A stretch of 64,000 bases of DNA from Bdellovibrionales bacterium (GTDB lineage: Bacteria > Bdellovibrionota > Bdellovibrionia > Bdellovibrionales > UBA1609), in contig OZ241456.1 in assembly GCA_965200875.1 (NCBI GenBank), forward strand, positions 1,696,001-1,760,000. The letters run 5' to 3'. This document shows, in pieces, positions 1-9,009 of the stretch. Made by a program: the position numbers and the translations under genes. A model generated the notes under the pieces. That model worked only from the letters and a program-made list of their open reading frames with translations, was not told where the DNA came from and made no database searches. Positions within the stretch are counted from its first letter, which is position 1, and each line of letters starts with the position of its first letter.

Positions 1-806
1 ACAGATATCTGAGTGGAATTTACTTCCAAAGTCATATCCAGAAAATCACAAGCATCTTCTATATTGAGTTTGTGTTCACTCAGTTCCTCTTCCGTAAGCT
101 CTATAACAGCCACTTTACCTTGATAAAAATATTCCGTTTGTTCAATAGTTTGGGAGAGCATGTTCATTTTTTCTAGGGAAGTGATGCCAAATAATTGATT
201 GTAAATATTTTCATTGTTTTGAATGTATTGGCAAAGCTCAGCACAAATTGTATGGGATCGTCCGGAATTTTTTATAAAATGAAACCTTTGTGTGTCAAAC
301 ACGATACTCATATATAAAGCCGTCGCTATTTTTTCATCCAAACCGATTCCCATTTCCTTTAGCAAAGAGTAGCAAATTTCTCCTGTACTGGCTGAGGAGA
401 TATCCACTAGGGAATGTGCAGTGGGTTTCGGTCCTGATTCCAATATGGGATGGTGGTCAATGTAAATAATTTCTTGGCACTTTTTCTCCAACTCCTGATA
501 AAGTGGTTGAATCCGTCTACAGTCATTTGTGTCGAACACCAAAGCCAATTCCGTATCTGAAATGGGGGTATTCAGCTTATCAAAATTTTCTGTATGTTTT
601 TCCGGGGATAAAAAATGGTATTTTTTAGAAACTTTATCCACAGTTATAGCCCGAACCGATTTATGGATTTTACGAAGACCATGATAGATCCCCAGCAAAG
701 AACCTAAACCGTCTCCATCGCACATTTTATGTGTAGTTAATATAAGGTTTTTTGCGGAATGAATTTTGCGGGTGAGGGTTTTGAGTTTAGCTTCCATATC
801 AGACAT
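1..806 (-). CDS. DHH family phosphoesterase (bifunctional oligoribonuclease/PAP phosphatase NrnA-like), truncated by window edge
   Basis: Hand translation from ATG at 806: MSDMEAKLKTLTRKIHSAKNLILTTHKMCDGDGLGS...IYIDHHP. Contains the HxxxDxD and DHH motifs. Not in the ORF track because it runs off the window. Confidence 0.85.
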   Translation of the reverse strand, partial: MSDMEAKLKTLTRKIHSAKNLILTTHKMCDGDGLGSLLGIYHGLRKIHKSVRAITVDKVSKKYHFLSPEKHTENFDKLNTPISDTELALVFDTNDCRRIQPLYQELEKKCQEIIYIDHHPILESGPKPTAHSLVDISSASTGEICYSLLKEMGIGLDEKIATALYMSIVFDTQRFHFIKNSGRSHTICAELCQYIQNNENIYNQLFGITSLEKMNMLSQTIEQTEYFYQGKVAVIELTEEELSEHKLNIEDACDFLDMTLEVNSTQIS

Positions 807-1241
807 CTCTGCTTGTTAATACCGCGGATTTTTTGCCGAGGAAGTTTCCAATATGAGACTTTTCCACTCCATGACAAACCGCCAAAGGATATTTTGATGC
901 TTTGGTTTGCTCTAAGTTTAACAAACTTTTTTTTCAAGGACTAAGAAAAAAATCAAACTGAGATATGGTAATCAAGCAGAAGACTGGAGAAATGTTTTCC
1001 CGAAGAGCAAGTGAAAAGAGCAAAATCAGGGATTTTTGGCTCTAAAATTTCACACCGGAGATTTTTCTTTGGAAAATAAATTTCTGTTCAAACTTTGAAG
1101 ATCCAACCAGCTTAATATAAATATATAGTAATTACAAATACTTATAAAGTTTTTTGCTAATTTTCCTTAAAAATAAGCTTTCCACTCTTGCCTTAGGATA
1201 ATTTTTAAATAATATATAGGTTTTTTAATGGAGAAGAAGAA

Positions 1242-1727
1242 ATGTCCAATAACAAAAGAAAGCCCATGACTGTTCATGGCAAAACCTTGTTGGAAAAAGA
1301 GTTACAGCATTTGGTGAAAGTGGAAAGACCTAAAATTATTTCCGCGATTGAAGTAGCACGCGGGCATGGAGATCTCAGCGAAAACGCAGATTATTCAGCT
1401 GCTAAAGAGCGACAGGCTCATATTGAAGGCAAAATTGCCTCTATCAGTGATGCTCTGGGCAATGCAGATGTGGTGGATCCCTCTCAAATCAGCTCTGATA
1501 AAGTGACTTTTGGAGCTTATGTGTGTTTGCAGGATGAAGATACAAAGCAAAAAAAAACTTATCAAATAGTGGGAGAGGATGAAGCGGATGTGAATCAAGG
1601 AAAAATTTCCATAAATTCTCCTTTGGCTCGCAGTCTTATTGGTCGCAAAAAAGGTGAGGAATTTGAATTTCAAAGCCCGCGGAGTGGAGAAAAAATTTAC
1701 TGTATTCTGGATTTTTACTTTAAATAA
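1242..1727 (+). CDS. greA: Transcription elongation factor GreA
   Basis: HGDLSENADY and YQIVGEDEAD...KISINSPLARSLIG motifs; GGAG RBS upstream. Confidence 0.97.
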   Translation: MSNNKRKPMTVHGKTLLEKELQHLVKVERPKIISAIEVARGHGDLSENADYSAAKERQAHIEGKIASISDALGNADVVDPSQISSDKVTFGAYVCLQDEDTKQKKTYQIVGEDEADVNQGKISINSPLARSLIGRKKGEEFEFQSPRSGEKIYCILDFYFK

Positions 1728-1805
1728 TCCTCCTAGAAAATTTTATTCTCTTTTTGTTCGCGTTATTGAATGACATCTTCTCTGTTTTTAATTTATGTGT
1801 AACTA

Positions 1806-3365
1806 ATGAAAGTTTTTTGGTTAAAGCTCTTTGCGATTTTAATGGCAGTGGCTTTGTCTTTTTCTGTTTTTTTGTCCTGGTTTTTTGCAGGCTTGGAGAG
1901 CCGAAATTTTAATCGTCAAAGTCAATCTTATCTGTCTAAGCAGTTTTCTCTTCTTTACAGGGATATTCAGCTTTCTTTAAAAAAAAACAGTTTATCCTCT
2001 TTTGCCAGCTTGCAAAAAATCATTTCTTTTTATTCCTCAAAACCGACTAAAAATTCAAAGCTATTCTCTAAATCAGCACCAGAAATTTCACAAATAAGCA
2101 TAATAAATGAATCGGGTATTGTATTGGCGCATTCTGAACCCTCTTACAAAAAAAATGCACTGTCACGCTCCTCTCCGTTTCTGTCTTTAATCCGGGAATA
2201 CCCTAAAGGATGGAATCAGATTGATAAAACTTCCTCTCCCTCTGTAATCACCATAGCCAAACCGGTTGTCATCTCCTCTACAAGATATTTTGTTACTTTG
2301 CATCATCCAGCAAAAAAAACGACAGATTTATTTGTTTCTTATTTTAAATGGACTTTGTTGTTTGGCAGTGTTTTTTTCATGGTTTTGTGTTTGATGATCT
2401 TTTTATATTTAAAATCATTAGCTGACGCCAAGGATTTTTTGCTGAGGGTTTTTGGAGCACGAAGTTTTCTCCCAAAAACCAAGAAAGGTACTGCATTATC
2501 TTTCCCTAAAGAATCAGAACGAAAAAAAGCTCTTTCTCACTTGGCCCGAACTGAAAATACTTATTTAAAAAGCATTCGTCCAAGCTTGGTTTCTTTTCTA
2601 CAGGCAAACCAAAAACCACCAGAGAAAATGAATTTTTCTGAACTTTCATTTTCTGACATTGTGGATAAAGCGATTTTTCAAAGCCGGTTGATGTATCCTG
2701 ATTTAAAGATAGAACGGGAAATAACTGCCGATATTAAACTCCCTGTGTTTGCTGATAAATTGTTTCAAGTGCTTTGGGAGCTGATTAAAAATGGATTTCA
2801 AGCTCTCCAAGAAAGGCAAGAAAGGGAAATACACTTGAATAACGGAAAAAATGCTGAACTAAACGGTTCAAAAGCCCTGCCCAGTGATAAGAAAATACAC
2901 TTGAATAACGGAAAAAATGCTGAACAGGCAGACATATATTCAGCCAAAGAGGAAACTGCCACCAAAACGGAAAATCCAGCCAAAAAGGTTTCCCAGCAAA
3001 AGAGCCTGAAAATTCGTACATTCAAAAAACAGAATAAATGGTTTTGTTGTGAAGTGGAAGACGAAGGCCCTGGAATGACCAGAACTATGATGGAAAAAGC
3101 AAGCCAGCTCTATTTTACAACAAAAAAAAACTCAACAGGCTTAGGACTGCCGTTCATTCAATCTGTTTTGTCCCGGATAGGAGGGATAATGAAACTGCAA
3201 TCTTCCGAAAAAAGAGGTCTTAAAGTTTCCCTTTTTATTCCTTTGGATTATATTACCCATATACAGTTTTTAAAGGAAACAGGTGCAGAAAATCAGAGAA
3301 CAGGCGCGGAAAATCAAAAAACTGGAACAGAAAGAAGAAATAGTGATCACAAAGTAAGAGTTTAA
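1806..3365 (+). CDS. Membrane sensor with Cache-like periplasmic region and HATPase_c domain; no recognisable HisKA H-box
   Basis: Two TM segments; N box ELIKNG, G1 EDEGPGM, F box YFTTK, G2 STGLGL. Confidence 0.75.
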   Translation: MKVFWLKLFAILMAVALSFSVFLSWFFAGLESRNFNRQSQSYLSKQFSLLYRDIQLSLKKNSLSSFASLQKIISFYSSKPTKNSKLFSKSAPEISQISIINESGIVLAHSEPSYKKNALSRSSPFLSLIREYPKGWNQIDKTSSPSVITIAKPVVISSTRYFVTLHHPAKKTTDLFVSYFKWTLLFGSVFFMVLCLMIFLYLKSLADAKDFLLRVFGARSFLPKTKKGTALSFPKESERKKALSHLARTENTYLKSIRPSLVSFLQANQKPPEKMNFSELSFSDIVDKAIFQSRLMYPDLKIEREITADIKLPVFADKLFQVLWELIKNGFQALQERQEREIHLNNGKNAELNGSKALPSDKKIHLNNGKNAEQADIYSAKEETATKTENPAKKVSQQKSLKIRTFKKQNKWFCCEVEDEGPGMTRTMMEKASQLYFTTKKNSTGLGLPFIQSVLSRIGGIMKLQSSEKRGLKVSLFIPLDYITHIQFLKETGAENQRTGAENQKTGTERRNSDHKVRV

Positions 3366-3386
3366 CTTTTATAAAGGAAAAAAACA

Positions 3387-4436
3387 TTGAGTCAAAATCA
3401 TACAAACCCACAACACCCTAGAAGGGAAAAGCCTCAAAATGCCGGTTCTTCTTTTGCTGATTGGATAGAAAAACTGAAGAAAAAAAATTCTGTTTCTTCC
3501 GCTCTAGATTTTTTTATTAAAACCTCCGATTTTCCCATATCATATTTTGAGTACCAAAGTGAAAAGGGCTGGCTTTCTTTAAAATACAGTAATTGTTTTT
3601 CGCTTAAAGACCCTCTTTGTCTGCGGTTATTTGAATCCGACTCCAATTTTGAACCAAGTAAGCTTTATAACCCAAAACAAATACCGGTTTTTCACTCACA
3701 TCTTAAGGAATGGTTTGAAGAAAAAGAATATCAGTGTTTTCCGTTTGTATTTAATAAAAAAGTGATAGGAATTTTTGTGTATTTATCAGGATCTTGTATA
3801 GAAAAAGAACATTTTTTTGTCTTAAACAGCCATATAAAAAATTTTTTATGGGAGGAAAAATGGGAGATGGAAAACTTAAGGGATGAGTTGACAAATGGTC
3901 TGAATAAAAAAGCTTTTCTTCAACGGCTTTTTGTTGAGGTAGCCCGCGCTAGGAGATTAAGTCTACCTTTGAGTCTTACTATATTGCGACTGGATCAATT
4001 TGAAACTTTGAAATCTGTCTATGGTTCTTATAAGCCGGAATTATTTATAAAATCCCTTATGAATAATTTTGTAAAAGACAGTCGCCTTTATGATATTTTT
4101 GGCTACTGGCCAGAGGGTTATTTAGGTCTGATGTTACCTCATACTTCTGAAAGAGGAGCCAGCCTGAAAGTGGAAAAAATGAGGTGGTCTGTTCAGTCCG
4201 CGGATTTTTTAAAAGTATTTCCCTCTCATGGTCGGCTGACCCTGAGTGCAGGGTTGGCAGAATATCCCCGTGTAAATCGCTCAGCGGAAAGTCTTTTTCG
4301 ATCAACTTTGAAAGCCCTAGCTTTTGCAGAAGGGGAAGGAGGAGGAAATATAACGGCTGTGGCCACTCCACCTGTGGGATTTAAGCCGGACTTTCCTGCA
4401 CAAAATATTGTAAACCCTTTGAGGGATTTAACTTGA
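3387..4436 (+). CDS. Degenerate GGDEF-domain protein
   Basis: DELTNGLNK...LSLTILRLDQF...LTLSAGLAEYP fold motifs; catalytic motif replaced by YWPEG; RLYD I-site retained. Confidence 0.8.
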   Translation: MSQNHTNPQHPRREKPQNAGSSFADWIEKLKKKNSVSSALDFFIKTSDFPISYFEYQSEKGWLSLKYSNCFSLKDPLCLRLFESDSNFEPSKLYNPKQIPVFHSHLKEWFEEKEYQCFPFVFNKKVIGIFVYLSGSCIEKEHFFVLNSHIKNFLWEEKWEMENLRDELTNGLNKKAFLQRLFVEVARARRLSLPLSLTILRLDQFETLKSVYGSYKPELFIKSLMNNFVKDSRLYDIFGYWPEGYLGLMLPHTSERGASLKVEKMRWSVQSADFLKVFPSHGRLTLSAGLAEYPRVNRSAESLFRSTLKALAFAEGEGGGNITAVATPPVGFKPDFPAQNIVNPLRDLT

Positions 4437-5674
4437 TGAGAGCCTGCTTGGAAGTGGATCTTAAAGCCTTTAAAAAAAATATGGAAATATTATCCGGCCT
4501 TCCTGAAAGAAAATGTTTTTTTTGTCCAATGATAAAAGCAAATGGCTATGGTCATGGTGCTAGGGATTTGGCAAAAACCATACAATCAATGGGATTTAAA
4601 AAAGTGGGAGTTATTTCCGTAGAAGAAGCTTTGGAGTTAAAAAGTGTATCAAAAAATATGGAAATTTATATTTTTGGCCCCTTTTTTCCAAATCAAATTG
4701 ATGTAATAGTAGGAGAAAACCAGTTTATTCCAGTGGTGGGGCAATGGGAGGATTTAAAAAGTTTAGGCGACCATTTCCCAAAAAAAGAAATACCTTTTCA
4801 TATCAAAATTAACATGGGAATGAATCGACTGGGATTTTCTCTATATGAAGTATCGGCTTTGATGAATTATATCCAAAATACTCCTCACCTGAAATTAAAA
4901 GGTGTCTCTTCTCATTTGCAAGAGGGGGAAAAAGCCGGAATGGAGGAAAACAAAACTGCTGAAGAAGAGTCCAAGGGAATAAAACCTGTTTCCTCCAAAA
5001 AACAGGAAACTTTGCTCAAAAAAGAAAAAAATAATACGAGCCAGCAAATTGACCAATTTAAAAGTGTGTGTGATGAGTTCAGGACCTGCTTTCCAACAAA
5101 TAATTTAGAGTTTCATCTGTTGAACAGTGCCGGAGGATGGGCTGTTTGGAGCCACTCCCTTTGGGATAGTTATTTGGGTTTTAGACCAGGTATTTCTTTA
5201 TATGGGATAAAACCTGAAGTGTTTTTTTACTCTGAAGAGGCAAAAAAAAAATATCATTCTGTAAAATTAAGGCCGGTTTGCCGGTTAAAATCCTTTGTGG
5301 TACAATCCCGTGTGTTATCTGCCGGTCAATCGGTTTCTTACAGAAAAACCTGGACGGCTAGGAAAAAAACAGTCTTGGCAGTGGTATCTATGGGATATGC
5401 AGATGGCTTCCCTTACCAGCTTTCCAATAAGGCCGAAGTGCTTTTTCGCGGAAAAAAAGTGCCTGTGATAGGCCGTGTCTGTATGGATTTTTTTATGATA
5501 GATGTGACAGCAGTGTTAGAGGAAACAGAAATACGCAAAGGGGAAGAGGTGGTAATTTTTGGTTCACAAGAAAATCTCTTTATTTCCCTTGAAGAACAGG
5601 CAGAAAAAGCGGGTTCTATCCCGTATGAAATTTTAACAGGTTTAGGGAATCGGGTGCGAAGAATATATGTTTAA
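4433..5674 (+). CDS. alr: Alanine racemase
   Basis: IKANGYGHG (PLP lysine), GMNRLG, GYADG, GRVCMD, IPYEILT. Confidence 0.96.
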   Translation: MMRACLEVDLKAFKKNMEILSGLPERKCFFCPMIKANGYGHGARDLAKTIQSMGFKKVGVISVEEALELKSVSKNMEIYIFGPFFPNQIDVIVGENQFIPVVGQWEDLKSLGDHFPKKEIPFHIKINMGMNRLGFSLYEVSALMNYIQNTPHLKLKGVSSHLQEGEKAGMEENKTAEEESKGIKPVSSKKQETLLKKEKNNTSQQIDQFKSVCDEFRTCFPTNNLEFHLLNSAGGWAVWSHSLWDSYLGFRPGISLYGIKPEVFFYSEEAKKKYHSVKLRPVCRLKSFVVQSRVLSAGQSVSYRKTWTARKKTVLAVVSMGYADGFPYQLSNKAEVLFRGKKVPVIGRVCMDFFMIDVTAVLEETEIRKGEEVVIFGSQENLFISLEEQAEKAGSIPYEILTGLGNRVRRIYV

Positions 5675-7274
5675 AAATGCTTTTATCAGTGTAAGTAACA
5701 AGGAAGGTCTGGTCAGTTTTGTTCGACCTTTAGTGGAAAAAGGCATGCGAGTAGTATCCACAGGAGGCACAGCTCGCTTATTAAAGAAATCGGGCCTGCC
5801 AGTTTTTACCGTGGAAAAGGAAACCGGTTTTGAAGAAGTAATGGGTGGAAGGGTAAAATCCCTGCATCCGCGTATTTATATGCCTCTGCTAGCTCGTTTA
5901 AATCATCCGGGGGATGAAAAAACTTTAAAATCCGCAGGGCTTTCCCCTTTTGATTTAGTGGTGTGTAATCTATATCCCTTTGAAAAAAAAAGTCAGGAAA
6001 GGGATCAAAATCCAGTGGAATGGATTGATGTAGGTGGTCCTTCTTTATTGCGGGCTGCGGCCAAAAACTTTGAAAGAATCACTGTGTTATGCAATCCCTC
6101 GGACTATCAACCTATTTTGTCTGCAAAAAAAGCTCCTTCTTTTGAAAAAAGAAAAAAACTGGCCAGTAAAGCTTTTTCTTTATTGGCAGATTATAATCTT
6201 CATATTGCAACATGGATGAAAACAGGAAAGGCTTTCTTAAAGCCGAAAAACAAAACTTATGTTGAAAAGTCTGAAACTTTATCTGAAGGTTCTCTCTCCT
6301 ACTCCCTGCAGGACTGGATAGAAAAAGAAAAATGTCATTTTGAAGGAAGTTTTTATAAAAATCTCATCTATGGGGAAAACCCCGATCAAAAAGCTGGCTG
6401 GTTTCAGATGAGGAAAACAGGACTGCATCAAGCTCAAATTCTTCAGGGAAAAAAAGAACTTTCCTTTAATAATATTTGTGACCTAGATTCTGCCCTTGGG
6501 ATTTTAAGGGAGTTTTCAGAACCCTGCTCGGTGGCTATAAAGCATAACAACCCCTGTGGTGTAGCCTGTGGGAATAATCTGGAAAATGCCATTCATTTAT
6601 GCCTTAATGCAGACCCAGTAAGTGTTTTTGGAGCTGTCTTGGCTTTAAATCGTCCTGTCTCTCTGGAATCTGCTGAGTCCTTAAGTTCTCTTTTTTTGTC
6701 TTTGGTTATTGCTCCTGATTACACGGCTGATGCTTTAAAGCTCTTTAAAGATAAAAAGAAAAAACTTTGTATAATGAAATGGCCGGATGGAATATATAAA
6801 AATCCTGATCAAATTAAAGCTCGTTTTGTGGAGGGCGGTCTTTTAGCCCAGGAAAAGCAGAAAATTATCGGGAATTGGCAGTCAAATTGGCAGTGTATAG
6901 GAAATAAGCCTGATTTTCTTGTTAAAGCTCAACTCTTAATGGCTTGGAAAATATGCACCCACTTGAAAAGCAATGCCATTGCTTTAGTGTCAAATGGTCA
7001 AACTGTTGGTCTTGGTATGGGACAGGTGAGTCGTATATCAGCTGTGGAAACAGCTATTCAACGGTGGAAAACTTTTCACACTCAAATATACTCTCCGGTG
7101 CTGGCCAGTGACGGTTTTTTCCCTTTCCCAGATTCCATAGAGGCTTGCGCCCGGGCCGGTATAAAATGGATTATTCAACCCGGTGGATCTTTCAGGGATC
7201 AGGAAGTGTTTTCAAAAGCTGAAACATTGGCAGTCAATATAGTAAATACCGGCCAGAGATGCTTTTCCCATTAA
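5667..7274 (+). CDS. purH: Bifunctional AICAR transformylase/IMP cyclohydrolase
   Basis: STGGT, GRVKSLHP, YGENP, KHNNPCG, KSNAI, ASDGFFPF, QPGGS. Confidence 0.97.
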   Translation: MFKNAFISVSNKEGLVSFVRPLVEKGMRVVSTGGTARLLKKSGLPVFTVEKETGFEEVMGGRVKSLHPRIYMPLLARLNHPGDEKTLKSAGLSPFDLVVCNLYPFEKKSQERDQNPVEWIDVGGPSLLRAAAKNFERITVLCNPSDYQPILSAKKAPSFEKRKKLASKAFSLLADYNLHIATWMKTGKAFLKPKNKTYVEKSETLSEGSLSYSLQDWIEKEKCHFEGSFYKNLIYGENPDQKAGWFQMRKTGLHQAQILQGKKELSFNNICDLDSALGILREFSEPCSVAIKHNNPCGVACGNNLENAIHLCLNADPVSVFGAVLALNRPVSLESAESLSSLFLSLVIAPDYTADALKLFKDKKKKLCIMKWPDGIYKNPDQIKARFVEGGLLAQEKQKIIGNWQSNWQCIGNKPDFLVKAQLLMAWKICTHLKSNAIALVSNGQTVGLGMGQVSRISAVETAIQRWKTFHTQIYSPVLASDGFFPFPDSIEACARAGIKWIIQPGGSFRDQEVFSKAETLAVNIVNTGQRCFSH

Positions 7275-7318
7275 TTTTTGCTGACAGAATAGTTAAAAAC
7301 AGGGAAAATATATAAATT

Positions 7319-8986
7319 ATGTTGGATGATACAAAAGATAAAAAGTGGCTGGTAAAGCATAATAATCGAATTATTGGCCCTTTTAGTGAAGAAGAATTAC
7401 AAACAGAGCTGGCAAAAGACTATATATCTCCTTTCGCTACTGTTTGTGTTCCAGAACAGCCATTCTGGGGATACATGGCTGCTTACCCGGAGTTCATTGT
7501 TCATACAGATATTACCAAATTAACACAGTTTGCGAATACACTGCACACAAATTTCACGAAAACACACAAACTTATATCCGATCACATCTCCAGTGAATAT
7601 TCACAAAGTGAGATTGATTCTGCTACTTCCACACCTCCACCATCTAAAAGTGAGGACGATCATCGTGTTACAGAAAACAAAACCACTCTGTTGGAAAAAC
7701 AGAAGAAAAAAATCAATTTTTTTTTAGTGGTGTTTTGTATGGTGATTGCAGGAATTTGTGCCTTTGTCTGGCATAATAATAAAGAGTCTCAGCTGGTCAC
7801 GGTTCCTAAAAACCTTCACTTGGGTGCGGATTGGTTTTCCGCAGGAGATTACTCCAAGGCTCTGCAAATATGGCAAAATCGAAAAAATCAATTAAGCCCG
7901 GCAGATCTTGTGTCATTTCAGGTTTTAAAATTTCAACTCAAAGACGATCTGTCCCAGGGAAGAGAATTAATGAGGTTAAAAACTGCTGGAAATTTAAATG
8001 AGGAAACCAGAAATATTATCAAAGCTTTAATGCAATTAAAAACCGGGAAACAAGAATCCGGCAGACAGGTTTTAGAGGAATTATTGAATAGTCAACCCTC
8101 ATCAGATATGGAAAAAGTGGCTTTTGCCAATTTGGCTTTATTATCTGGAAAAAAAAGAGACTGTGATTTTTTTGAAAAATATAAAGAATCCCGATTTGGA
8201 AATAAAAATCTTATTCATTTTGTGTTTGCTTTATGTGTTCTGCAAGTTGATGTGTCTGTTGAAAAAAGAAACAAGGCACAGGTTCTATTGGAGAGCATAA
8301 TTCAAAATCAAGGAGATTATTATCAGGAAGCTTTGGTGGGACTTGCTTATATCAAATATTTGAAAGCAGAGGATGTTTCCTCCTCAATTACAACTCTTTT
8401 GGACAGCAACCCTTACCTGACAGATGCTTATCGGCATAATGTTTTTATTGACCGAAAAATTTACTCGTGGCCGGAGTTAATTCCTCTGTGTGAGAAAATT
8501 TATTCTTCCCAAGCGGAAAACATGTTATTCATTACTTTTTATGCGTATTGTTTGGTCCGCTCCAATCATTATAAATCCGCAAAGGAGCTTATGGCAAAGA
8601 CCAGCTTGAATCCAAAAGACCCTCTGATCAAAGCTGTGCATGCCTACATTGATGATTTTCTGAATTTTAAAAATGAATATGTTTTGCTTTTAGGGGATGC
8701 TATTCGCTCCAACGCGCAAGCAAAGTATGTTCTGCCTCATATTTTGCAAGCCAGGTTTTGTGAAAAACACAAAGATTGGGATTGTGCCTTTCATAATTGG
8801 CAAATTGTTTTAAAAAACAGACCGGATTCTGTTTCTGGTTTAGGAGGTGTGGCTTATGCCAAATATAACCAAGGGCTTTATGAAGAGGCCAGAGAATATA
8901 TGACTCGTGGTTTTGTCATGGACAATACAGATCTTTACAGCCCTTTGCTTTTTGTTCAAAATGGACTCGAAAAAGTCCGCCAATAA
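7319..8986 (+). CDS. Membrane-anchored TPR-repeat protein with N-terminal GYF-like motif
   Basis: KWLVKH...IIGPFSEEEL N-terminus, one TM segment, helical TPR-like C-terminus. Confidence 0.65.
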   Translation: MLDDTKDKKWLVKHNNRIIGPFSEEELQTELAKDYISPFATVCVPEQPFWGYMAAYPEFIVHTDITKLTQFANTLHTNFTKTHKLISDHISSEYSQSEIDSATSTPPPSKSEDDHRVTENKTTLLEKQKKKINFFLVVFCMVIAGICAFVWHNNKESQLVTVPKNLHLGADWFSAGDYSKALQIWQNRKNQLSPADLVSFQVLKFQLKDDLSQGRELMRLKTAGNLNEETRNIIKALMQLKTGKQESGRQVLEELLNSQPSSDMEKVAFANLALLSGKKRDCDFFEKYKESRFGNKNLIHFVFALCVLQVDVSVEKRNKAQVLLESIIQNQGDYYQEALVGLAYIKYLKAEDVSSSITTLLDSNPYLTDAYRHNVFIDRKIYSWPELIPLCEKIYSSQAENMLFITFYAYCLVRSNHYKSAKELMAKTSLNPKDPLIKAVHAYIDDFLNFKNEYVLLLGDAIRSNAQAKYVLPHILQARFCEKHKDWDCAFHNWQIVLKNRPDSVSGLGGVAYAKYNQGLYEEAREYMTRGFVMDNTDLYSPLLFVQNGLEKVRQ

Positions 8987-9009
8987 AATGAAAAGTATTG
9001 GCTTTTCCT

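Noticed and set aside
737..944. Short ORFs 737-937 (-) and 759-944 (+)
   Set aside because: They overlap the start of the DHH gene in other frames and have no motifs
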